Source: an uncultured Chloroflexia bacterium (GTDB lineage: Bacteria; Chloroflexota; Limnocylindria; QHBO01). From it: a stretch of 64,000 nucleotides of DNA. The stretch is taken from assembly GCA_963843015.1 (NCBI GenBank), contig CAWJIR010000006.1:32763-96762 (forward strand). The letters are read 5' to 3'. Below, one piece after another: positions 52,926 through 64,000 of this stretch (position 1 is its first letter; the number at the start of each line of letters is the position of its first letter). The position numbers and the translations under genes were made by a program. A model generated the notes under the pieces. That model ran no database searches, had not been told where the DNA came from, and saw only the letters and a list, made by a program, of their open reading frames with translations.

Positions 52926-53888
52926 GGGCCAGGTCCTCGCTGCCGGTCGGCGTCGCCATCGCGGATCCGTGGGTCGATGAAGCCGTAGGCGATGTCCACC
53001 GCGGCGTTGGCGAGGGCGACGAACAGCGCGTACATGACGGTGATCGCCATCAGCAGCGTGTAGTCGCGCCCGCGGATGGCCCAGTAGTAGAGGTTGCCGA
53101 TGCCCGGCACGTCGAACACGCGCTCGACCACGATGGACCCGGTGACCAGCAGGGCGAGGACCGATCCGGAGATGGTCACCACCGGAATCGCCGCGTTGCG
53201 CAGGAGGTGGAAGCGGACGATGTGCTCCTCGCGCAGCCCCTTGCTGGTCGCGGTGCGCACGTAGTCGGAGTGGAGGACCTCGAGCACGCTGGCCTTGGTA
53301 TGGCGCGCGATCTGGGCCATCGGCAGCGCGGCGAGGGCGATGGTCGGCAGGACCCACTGGGTGGTGGTCGCCCATTCCGGTGGCCGGGGCAAACCTCCGC
53401 CACGGGTGTACTGCGCCGGGACGAGGACCAGCTCGAGAAACGCGGCCAGGGCGAACGCCGGGCAGCGCCATGCCCAACATGGAAATCCCGGTGGCGGCCC
53501 ATCCGACCGGAGTCTTGTGGCGGAGCGCGGCGACGACGCCCAGGGGCAGGCCCACCGCCACGGCCAGGACGAAGGCGAGGGCGCAGAGGGCGAGCGAGGT
53601 CCCGATCGCCGGGTAGACGATGTCGGCGACTTCGTAACGCTGGGTCGTGGTGCCGACCCCGAAGTCGCCCTGGAGCATGTGCCCGAGCCACGCGAGGTAC
53701 TGGACCGGGAGGGGCTGATCCAGGCCGAGCTCTTCAGTCAGGCGCTCGACGAGCTCCGGCGGGAGCTGCCGGCCTTCCCGATTCCACGGCGAACCGGGGG
53801 CGGCGTGCATGATCGTGAACGCCACGATCGAGGCCCCCAGGACGACGGGGACCACCCAGGCAAGTCGACGAATGATGTAGCCGATCAG
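52889..53888 (-). CDS. Oligopeptide/dipeptide ABC permease (OppB/DppB), frameshifted
   Basis: IGYIIRRL, LGLDQPLPVQYL.W, GDFG, DYVRTATSKGL, ERVFDVPGIG; AGGAGG plus CTG start. Confidence 0.9.
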
Positions 53889-53921
53889 ACGCGGATCCTC
53901 CTGCCTACTAAAGCCTGACCG

Positions 53922-54975
53922 ATGGCGCGGGGTTCAGAAGTCCGCGCTCAGGCCTGCTGCGAGACCGTCCGCAGCTCGGCGCTGGGACCGGTCACCACGA
54001 TGGACTCGCCCGGGGCGAACGCCCGGTCATCGGGTGGGTGGGCCTCATGCCGTTCCTCGCCCAGGAAGACGGCGAGGGTGAACACGCCGAGCGAGCGGAG
54101 CTCGCCCACCGTCCGGCCGGCGAGCCAGCCCCCAGCTGGTCACCGGCAGCTCCTCGATCGAGAAGGTCAGCTCCCCGTGGGAGAGAGCGGCGTCGATGAA
54201 GTCGATGACCCGGGGGCGGATGGCCAGCTCCGCGATCCGACGTCCGGCCGTCCCGTAGGGGGACACGACGCGGTTCGCCCCGGCGCGCAGGAGCTTGGCC
54301 TCCGAGTCAGCGCTGTTGGCGCGGGCGACGATGAACAGCTCGGCGTTGAGCTGGCGCGCCGACAGCACGATGAACACGTTCTCCGAGTCGGAGTCCACGC
54401 AGGCCACCAGGCCCCGGGCCCGCCGCACGCCAGCCGTCTCGAGCGTGGCATCGAGGGTCGCGTCGCCCGGGACGATGAGGTGGCCCTCGGCGACGGCCTG
54501 CTCACGCGACGCCTCGTCGGTGTCGACCACCACCACCGTCTGCGCGGCATGCGCCAGCTCGCGGGCCACCGCGGCTCCGACCCGGCCGTAGCCACACAGG
54601 ATGAAGTGCTCCTTCGCGGCATCCACCGATCGCATCATGGACCGCGCCTCGCGCCGCCCGCTGGCGACCTCGTCGACGAGGTACTCGCTGACGATCCCGA
54701 TCGAGCCGAAGATGATCGCGACCCCGGAGATCGCGACCACCATCGCCCAGGCGCGACCGAGCGGTGTCGAGCTCGTGGACCTCGCGGAACCCGACCGTGG
54801 TCAGCGTCGTGACGGTCTGGTACAGGGCGTCCTCGACCGACCATCCCTCGAACACGACGAACCCGGCCGTGCCGATCACGAGGGCCGCCACGGCTGCCCC
54901 GAGGAGCCAGCGGACGTGGCGGACGGTGACGCGCGACCGCGCTCTGCGGGGAGCGGCCGCTCGGGTCTCGGTCAC
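53922..54975 (-). CDS. Potassium channel with TrkA-N/TrkA-C (RCK) domains, frameshifted
   Basis: DALYQTVTTLTTVGFREV pore, HFILCGYGRVG, GDAT, LLRAGANRVVSP. Confidence 0.88.
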
Positions 54976-55202
54976 TGCCCGATCCTACGCGACAACGTGC
55001 CCGGAAAGCCCGGCGTCGCGAGGTTGCGCGGGGATATAGTCCTCCGCGGTACGCCGCCTGCGGGCACCCGGCGCCGCTCTCCGCCGAGATGTCCGCGCTG
55101 CGGCAGAAAGGAGACGGCCAGCCCGCATCCGTCACCCCTCGCAATGCTCGCGTCGGCCCGCTCGGGTTCGTCGCCCTCGACTGAAGCAGTAGTGAGGCAC
55201 CG

Positions 55203-56827
55203 ATGTCGCAGATGTCCAGCAGGGAAGACGTCATCGCGCAGGACCGGCAGGACCTGCACGGTCTTGGCTACGCCCAGGAGCTCCTCCGGACCATGGGCGG
55301 ATTCAGCAACTTCGCGATCAGCTTCTCGATCATCTCGATCCTGACCGGCGCGGTCATCCTCTACAACTACGGCCTCAACCTGGCCGGACCGGGGGCGGTC
55401 GGGATCGGCTGGCCGCTGGTCACCTTCTTCACGCTGATGATCGCGGCCACCATGGCCGAGATCGCATCGGCCTATCCCACGGCCGGCGGCCTGTACTACT
55501 GGGCCAGCAAGCTGCGCAACAAGAACTGGGGCTGGTGGACGGCCTGGCTCAACCTCGGCGGCCAGATTTCGATCGTGGCCGGCATCAACTATTCCGCGGC
55601 CTTCTACCTCACCGCGACCATCATCAATCCGCTGCTCGGCGGCACGTTCGACCCGACCGCCGATACGTTCGGCGTCCAGAACGCGATCTGGGTCACCGGC
55701 ATCCTCATTGCGATCGAGGTCGTGTTCAACGTGGCCGGGACGAGGGTCGTGGCCTTCATGAACGACCTCTCGGTGTGGTGGCACATCTTCTTCGTGGCCG
55801 CCATCGCGATCGCCCTGCTGGCCCTCGGCACCCAGCCGACCAACGACATCGGCTTCCTGTTCACGATCGAGCCGGCCGGCACCGCCGCCGATGGAACGCC
55901 CTGGGCACAGATCATCCCGTTCGGCATCGCCGGCGCGTTCGCCCTGAGCCTGCTCCAGTCGCAGTGGACGTACACCGGCTATGACGCGTCGGCGCATGTG
56001 GCCGAAGAGACCGTCTTCGCCCGTCGGGCATCGGCCTGGGGCGTGTTCCTGTCGGTCGCCGTCTCGGCCGTCGCCGGCTACGTTGTGCTCGATGGCGCTG
56101 AACCTGAAGATGCCGGCTCCGGCGGACGTGATGGCCAACAGCGGCGGGTACGGCGTGGCCTATATCCTCGGCGTGAACCTGGGATCGGGCCTTGACCAGC
56201 TCGGCGGCCTGCTGTGCGGCGGGCGTGGCCATCGCCATGACCTTCTGCGGCTTCTCGTCGATCGCCTCGGCCGGTCGAATGCTGTTCGCCTTCAGCCGCG
56301 ACGACGGCGTGCCCGGCAGTCGCTGGCTGAAGAAGGTCAGCCACCGATTCCGGACTCCGGCCAACTGCGGTGATCGCGATCAGCGTCCTCAGCTGGCTGC
56401 TGATCATGCTGGTGTACGTCCTGTTCAAGCGCCTTCGGCGGCGATCCGGTGTTCCTGATCGCCGGCATCACGACCGTGAGCACGGTCCTGCTGTACTGGG
56501 CCTACGGGCTGTGCATCTGCCCTCGGCCTGTGGGGCAACCAGGAATGGCGGTCAAAGCAGACCTGGAGCCTTGGGGGCTGGAGCAAGCCGCTGGCCGTGA
56601 TCTCGGTGATCTGGATCATCCTGCTCACCCCGGTGTTCCTCTACCCCTTCGAGCTCAACGTCGCCTCCCTGGCGACCGTGGGCGGGTTCCTGGTGCTGCT
56701 GGCTGATCTACTACCTCGTGTGGGCCCGGACCCGGTTCCATGGACCCGTCCCGCAGGGCACGCACGCGAGGAGCTGGCGGCCATCGAGCGCGAGTTCGAG
56801 GACGCCGCGGAGGCCCTGACCGCCTGA
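55203..56827 (+). CDS. APC-family amino acid/amine permease, frameshifted
   Basis: LGYAQEL.R.MGGFSNFAISFSIISILTG, AEIASAYPTAGGLYYWA, WTYTGYDASAHVAEET, RMLFAFSRDDGVPGS. Confidence 0.9.
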
Positions 56828-56913
56828 CGACGCTCCTCGCCCCGCCTCACGCGACGGGTCGGCCGGGCCACCGGCCGGCCCGTTGACCATCGGTCCAATC
56901 ATCGGAGCGACAC

Positions 56914-58295
56914 ATGACCAAGCCCCAGACCCACCCCAAGCGTGACGAGCTGACGGCGGCCATCCGCGACGGCCGGATCGACACCCTGGTCGTGGCCCTG
57001 ACCGACATGCAGGGCCGGCTGATGGGCAAGCGGGTCCAGGGCCAGGCCTTCCTGAACGGGGCCATCGACCACGGCGCGCACTTCTGCACGTACCTGCTGG
57101 GCACCGACATGGAGATGAACACGCCCGACGGGTTCGAGCTCATGAACTGGGAAACGGGCTATGGCGACTGGATCGCGGACCCGGTGTGGGACACCTACCG
57201 CGAGGTCCCGTGGCTGGAGAAGACCGCGATCGTCCTCTCGGACACCGTCGACCACCACGGCAACGAGATCCCCGTCTCGCCCCGCACGCTCCTCAAGAAG
57301 GTCATCCGCCAAGGCGGCGGGCCTCGGCTTCCGGGTCATGGCCGGCTCGGAGTACGAGTACTACCTGCTGACCGATACCTACGAGCAGGCCCACGCCAAG
57401 GGCTACATCGGGCTCGAGCGGTTCGGCTACTACAACGAGGACTACCACCTCCTGCAGGCGACCAAGGGCGGAGCCCATCCACGGCCGGCTGCGGAACCTC
57501 ATGACCCAGGCCGGGATCCCGGTCGAGTTCAGCAAGGGCGAGGCGGCGCCGGGCCAGCACGAGGTCAACATCCATTACACCGATGTCCTCGAGATGGCCG
57601 ACCAGTCGGTCCTGTTCAAGCACGGGGCCAAGGAGATCGCCTGGCTGAACGGGTTCGGCCTGACCTTCATGGCCAAGCCCGATCACACCTGGACCGGGTC
57701 GAGCGGCCACCTCCACATGTCGCTGTGGGACAAGGAGGGCCGTGAGCCGCTGTTCTACGACGCCAAGGCGAAGCAGTACGGCATGTCCAAGACGATGCGC
57801 CACTTCCTGGGCGGGATGATGAAGTACGCCCGGGAGCTCGCGATCTTCTGGGCCTGGAACGTGAACTCGTACAAGCGGTACGCGGTCGCGTCGTGGGCGC
57901 CGGTCAACGTGGTGTGGGGTCGCGACAACCGGACGACCGGCTTCCGGATCGTGGGCGACGAGGCCGGGTTGCACATCGAGAACCGGTTCCCCGGCGGGGA
58001 CATGAACCCGTACCTGACCTACGCCGCGGTGGTCGGGGCCGGGCTGCTGGGCATCGAGCGCGAGATCGAGCCGCCGGACGAGTACCACGGCAACGGTTAC
58101 GTGGCCACCGGCTGCGACCGGATGCCGCGGGCGCTCCACGAGGCCATCCGCGAGCTCGAGGCCAGCCAGGCTGCGGTGGACATCTTCGGCGCCGATGTCG
58201 TGGCCCACTACCTCAATGCCGCGCGGGTCGAGCAGGAGCAGTACGACGCGATCGTCCATCCCTGGGACCGCGAGCGGTACCTCGAGCGCGGCTGA
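56914..58295 (+). CDS. Glutamine-synthetase-like gamma-glutamyl ligase (GlnA4/PuuA type), frameshifted
   Basis: DMQGRLMGKR, GYGD, GSEYEYY, KGEAAPGQHE, TFMAKP, GSSGHLHMSL, NSYKRY, WGRDNRT, IENRFPGGDMNPY. Confidence 0.9.
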
Positions 58296-58305
58296 GGATC
58301 GACCG

Positions 58306-59073
58306 ATGCGGCTCGCGGACAAGGTCGCGATCATCACCGGCGCCGGCAGCGGCATGGGCCGGGTGGCGGCCCAGATGTTCGCTGCCGAGGGAGCCAAGGT
58401 CGTCGCCGCCGAGTTCGACGAGGCCGGGGGCACCGAGACGGTCGAGCTCATCCGGGCCGCCGGCGGCGACGCGACGTTCGTCCGGACCGATGTCTCCGAG
58501 GAGACCGATGCGGCGGCGATGGTGGCCGCCGCGATGGATCGGTATGGCCGGGTCGACGTCCTCTACAACAATGCCGGAGTCATGCCCGAGCCCGACCACT
58601 CGGTCATCGACACCGACGTCGCGACCTGGGACCACGTCATGGCCGTCAACGTCCGCGGCGTGTTCCTGAGCTGCAAGTACGCCATCCCGCGGATGCTGGA
58701 GCAGGGAGCGGGATCGGTCATCAACATCAGCTCGTTCGTGGCGCTGCTCGGGTGCTCCGTCCCGCAGGACGCCTATACCGCCTCGAAGGGGGCGGTGCTG
58801 TCACTGACCCGATCGCTCGCCGTCCAGTTCGGACCGCAGGGCGTGCGGTCGAACGCCATCTGCCCCGGACCGATCGAGACGCCCATGCTCATGGAGTGGC
58901 TGGTCAAGGACGAGGCCGCGCGGAAGCTGCGCCTGGCCCGGAACCCGACGGGGCGGTTCGGGAAGCCCGAGGAGATCGTGAACGTGGCGATCTACCTCGC
59001 CTCGGACGAGTCCCGCTGGACGAACGGCGCACACTTCGTCATCGATGGGGGCATCAGCGTCAACTACTTCTAG
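58306..59073 (+). CDS. Classical short-chain dehydrogenase/reductase
   Basis: TGAGSGMG, YNNAG, SVINISS, YTASK, NAICPGP. Confidence 0.93.
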   Translation: MRLADKVAIITGAGSGMGRVAAQMFAAEGAKVVAAEFDEAGGTETVELIRAAGGDATFVRTDVSEETDAAAMVAAAMDRYGRVDVLYNNAGVMPEPDHSVIDTDVATWDHVMAVNVRGVFLSCKYAIPRMLEQGAGSVINISSFVALLGCSVPQDAYTASKGAVLSLTRSLAVQFGPQGVRSNAICPGPIETPMLMEWLVKDEAARKLRLARNPTGRFGKPEEIVNVAIYLASDESRWTNGAHFVIDGGISVNYF

Positions 59074-59099
59074 CCGCGGCGGCGCCGAGCGAACGTTCG

Positions 59100-59486
59100 G
59101 TCCTGACCGATGTCGCCGCCCTGCTGCTGCTGGCCTGGGCCGGCCTCATCGCCTACGTCAGCGTTCCGACCCTGCTGAGCGACGATCCGCTGTGGGATGG
59201 GGGCGTCTCCGTCCTCGGCGCGTTCCTCGCCGGCGGGCATCTCGTCGCGGCGGTGGGGATCCTGCGACGGATCGGCTGGAGTCGCCGGCTCGGCCTGGCC
59301 CTGGGCGTCATCGGTCTGCTCGGCAGCGGCGCGGTGCTGCTCACGCTGGCGGCGAACCTGGGAAACGGTCCGCCGGTCATGGGTGAGGTTCCGCTCACGG
59401 TCCTCGCCATCCCGGCCGGGATGGCGGCGACGTACGCCGTCATCGTCGTCGCCCTGCTCCGGGCCAGGGCGGAGTTCGGCGCCTGA
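59100..59486 (+). CDS. Hypothetical membrane protein (about 4 TM), start uncertain
   Basis: Four hydrophobic helices between the SDR and ALDH genes. Confidence 0.55.
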   Translation, partial: VLTDVAALLLLAWAGLIAYVSVPTLLSDDPLWDGGVSVLGAFLAGGHLVAAVGILRRIGWSRRLGLALGVIGLLGSGAVLLTLAANLGNGPPVMGEVPLTVLAIPAGMAATYAVIVVALLRARAEFGA

Positions 59487-59559
59487 ATCCTGGCGGAGGG
59501 CAGTTTGAGGCACCGGGGATATACTCGGCCCGCTCCCAAGGTGTGCCGAGGACCATGCG

Positions 59560-61054
<1,495 letters not shown>

Positions 61055-61055
61055 G

Positions 61056-62490
61056 GTGACGACGCCGCCGTTCCGCCTCCCCGCTCCCCGCTCGGCACCG
61101 CCACTGACCGTCCGCCGATTCGCCGCGCTCATGGCCGGGAAAGCGGCCGCGGTTGGCTCGCGGGCGATGGGTCGCGGGGGCGGGACCTCGCTGCCGGGCA
61201 TGGTTGCTCGACGGCTGGACCCCGGCATCCTTCGCGCCCTCGTGGCCGACCAGGGCGTCACCGTGGTGGCGATCACCGGCAGCAACGGGAAAACGACGAC
61301 CGCGCGGTTCACCGCGGCCATCCTGCGGGCCGCCGGCCTGCCGGTTGCGCACAACCAGTCGGGCGCCAACCTGGTCCAGGGCGTCACGTCGCTTGCGGTG
61401 TCCGCCGCCGACCTGCGCGGGCACGTGGAGCCGGTCGTGATGGTCACCGAGATCGACGAGGGTGCCCTGCCACTGGTGGCACCCGAGATCCGGCCGCGGG
61501 CCGTCCTCGTCACGAACCTCTTCCGCGACCAGCTCGACCGCTACGGCGAAATCTACGCGGTCGCCGACGCGTTCGAGGTCGTGGCCGCTGCCCTGCCACC
61601 GGACAGCGTGCTGGTCGTGAACGCCGATGACCCGATCGTCGCCGGCCTCGCCCCGGCACGTGACGGGCGGCGGGTGACGTTCGGCCTGGACCTGTCCGGC
61701 GTCGACCGATGTCATCACCCGCGCCGCGGACACCATTCGCTGCCCGTCGTGTCGGGCCAACCTCGAGTACGAGCATGTCTACCTGTCCCACATGGGAGCG
61801 TGGCGCTGCCCGTCCTGCGGCCTGGCGCGCCCGCCGCTCGACGTGGCGGTGACCGCGGTCGAGGTGAAGGGCCTGGCCGAGACACGGTTCACCGTCCGGA
61901 CGGCGTTCGGCGACCACGAGTTCGCGATCCCGCAATCGGGCCTCCATGTCGCCTATGACGCGGCGGCTGCGATCGCGTTGGCGGTTGGCCTCGGCGTCCC
62001 GTTGGACGGCGCGGCGGCGGCGCTGGCCGAGGTGGGACCGGCCTTCGGCCGGTTGGAGCGCATCACGGCCGGCGAGCGGCAGATCGTGCTGGGCTTTGCC
62101 AAGAACCCGACCTCGTACAACGCCACGCTGCGCGCCCTGGCGAGCGAGGAGCTGCCCCGCCACCTCCTGATCGCGGTCAGCAACACCCTGGTCGACGGAG
62201 AGGATTTCGGCTGGCTGTGGGACGTCGACTTCGAGGCGAGCGTGCCGCGGATCGAGACGGCCACGGTCTCCGGCCTTCGGGCCGATGAGCTGGCCAACCG
62301 CCTGAAGTACGCCGGTCTCGACCCGGTCCGCATGACGGTCATCGCCGAGCGCGTCCCCGCCCTCGACGCCGCGCTGGCCACGACCCCGCCGGGGGAGCCG
62401 CTGACCATCGTCGCCGGCTACACCCCGACCATCGAGCTCCGCGAGGAGATGCGCCGCCGGGGCTGGGTTGGGCGATACTGGGAAGCCTGA
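61056..62490 (+). CDS. murT: MurT, lipid II isoglutaminyl synthase Mur-ligase subunit, frameshifted
   Basis: GTSLPG, ITGSNGKTTT, SGANL..G, TNLFRDQLDRYGE, Zn motif CPSC...CPSC, KNPTSYN, WLWDVDFE. Confidence 0.9.
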
Positions 62491-63281
62491 TGGAATACCC
62501 CACCCTTCGGATCGCCCACCTGTACCCGTCCCTCCTGAACGTGGCCGGAGACGGCGGCAACGTGATGGCCCTCGTCCAGCGCTGCGCCTGGCGCGGCATC
62601 CCGACCGAGGTGGTCGAGGTCGAGCAGGGGGAGACCCCGGACTTCACGACCTTCGACCTCATCCTGTTCCACGGCGGCCAGGACGTCGAGATGGACGTCG
62701 TCGCCCGCGACCTGGGGCTGAAGATCCCGTCGCTCCGGGAGGCCGCGGACCAGGGCGTCCTGATCTTCGCCGTGTGCGCCGGACTGCAGCTGCTCGGGCA
62801 TCGGTACATCCCGTCGGTGGGCGAGCCGATGGAAGGCGCGGCCATCCTGGATCTCGAGACCCACGGTGGCTCGCAGCGCTTCATGCAGCACGCCGCGGTG
62901 GAGGTCACGCTGAACGGGCAGACGGGCACGGTCGTGGGATTCGAGAACCACTCGGGCCAGACGGTCCTCGGACCCGGGGCCAAGCCCTTCGGCACGATCG
63001 TCGCCGGCGCCGGCAACAACGGCCAGGACGGGACCGAGGGCGCGGTCCGGGATCATGTCTTCGCGACGTACCTCCATGGCCCGGTTCTGCCCAAGAACCC
63101 GTGGCTCACCGACCAGCTGATTTCGATCGCCCTGGAGCGCCGAATGGGCCACCCGGTCGAGCTCGCGCCGCTCGACGACACGGCCGAGGATCGCGCCCAC
63201 GAGGTGGCCCTCGCCAAGGCGATGCGCAACAAGGGCCAGTACACGGCCCTGACCCCGGCGGAGCTCGTCCGCAACCGCTGA
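62490..63281 (+). CDS. gatD: GatD, CobQ-like class I glutamine amidotransferase
   Basis: LYP.LLN..GDGGN, GGQD, VCAGLQLLG, GFENHSG, TYLHGPVLPKNP. Confidence 0.93.
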   Translation: MEYPTLRIAHLYPSLLNVAGDGGNVMALVQRCAWRGIPTEVVEVEQGETPDFTTFDLILFHGGQDVEMDVVARDLGLKIPSLREAADQGVLIFAVCAGLQLLGHRYIPSVGEPMEGAAILDLETHGGSQRFMQHAAVEVTLNGQTGTVVGFENHSGQTVLGPGAKPFGTIVAGAGNNGQDGTEGAVRDHVFATYLHGPVLPKNPWLTDQLISIALERRMGHPVELAPLDDTAEDRAHEVALAKAMRNKGQYTALTPAELVRNR

Positions 63282-63291
63282 AAAATAGTCG

Positions 63292-63321
63292 TTGACGCGG
63301 CCGAAAGGCCGCGCCCATACT
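63292..63321 (+). promoter_or_regulatory. Sigma70-type promoter with palindromic spacer
   Basis: TTGACG-18 nt-CATACT preceded by an A-tract; spacer contains cgcggcc-GAAA-ggccgcg. Confidence 0.6.
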
Positions 63322-63418
63322 CGCCGCCGATTACGCCCCGCGGCTGCTGCCGCGGGCCGCTGATCCTGGTGTCCCTTGCGTCTGTGCAATCGCCCAGAAA
63401 CGGATGGAGGAGGCTCGC

Positions 63419-64000
63419 CTTGACTGCGGATCAGACCCACTGCCGATCAGGTCGCGCGCGACGACGCCCACCTGGAATCGCTCGGCATCAAGCCCCAGCT
63501 CAATCGGTCGCCTCGGCTTCTTCTCCAACTTCGCGCTCGCGTTCAGCTTCATCAGCGTCTCCACCGGATCCTTCGGCAACTTCGGCGTACGGATTCGGGA
63601 TGGGCGGACCGATGATTCTTCTGGACCTGGTTCGTCGATCATCATCGGCCAGACGCTCGTCGCCCTGGAGTTCGCCGAGCTGGCGAGCCACTTCCCGGTC
63701 GCCGGGTCCATCTACCAGTGGTCGAAGCGACTCTCGAACCGGACGTTGGGCTGGTTCACCGGCTGGTTGTACTTCTGGGCCCAGGTCTTCACCGTGTCGG
63801 CCGTGGCGGTCATCGTGGCCTTCGCGGTCGACGGACTGCTGGGCAGCCCCGTGGTCGGCGAGACCGCGTTCCTCGACTCGCCCGACCCGACCGGTCTCAC
63901 CACGATGTTCACGTTCATCTCGATCGTGGCCCTCGTGCTCACGACCCTGATCAACGCCTTCGGCGTACGGCTGCTGGCGCTCCTCAACAACATCGGGGTG
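63419..64000 (+). CDS. Second APC-family amino acid/amine permease, frameshifted, truncated by window end
   Basis: GGAGGAGG plus TTG; GFFSNFALAFSFIS..TG, FAELASHFPVAGSIYQWS, GWFTGWLYFWA. Confidence 0.88.

Overview
A very GC-rich, gene-dense bacterial chromosomal segment of mostly housekeeping genes. Gene content suggests a monoderm, probably Chloroflexota or actinobacteria-like (inference only). Most long genes are split across frames by single-base indels, which looks like long-read consensus error. Coordinates of frameshifted genes are reconstructed by eye and approximate. I found no CRISPR array, rRNA, transposase or integrase. RNA elements are tRNA-Glu(TTC) and a TPP riboswitch ahead of thiN-ykoE-ECF. 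Strongest candidates for undescribed biology: (1) a b6-type Rieske/cytochrome b operon led by a translationally coupled DsrL/NfnB-like NAD(P)H flavo-Fe-S protein, with a dihaem cytochrome c carrying an apparently metal-free cupredoxin-like insert and two unknown membrane proteins; (2) Ku followed by a LigD-like adenylation domain that has lost all catalytic motifs, next to a WYL regulator and 4 kb from an intact ATP-dependent ligase; (3) a diguanylate cyclase fused to a BldC/Xis-like HTH and four GAF domains; (4) a Cys-rich protein with RxxxR repeats between trxA and folC; (5) an unannotated 59-aa zinc-ribbon microprotein. Many genes appear leaderless (TANNNT 6-8 nt before the start codon), and several appear to start at CTG.
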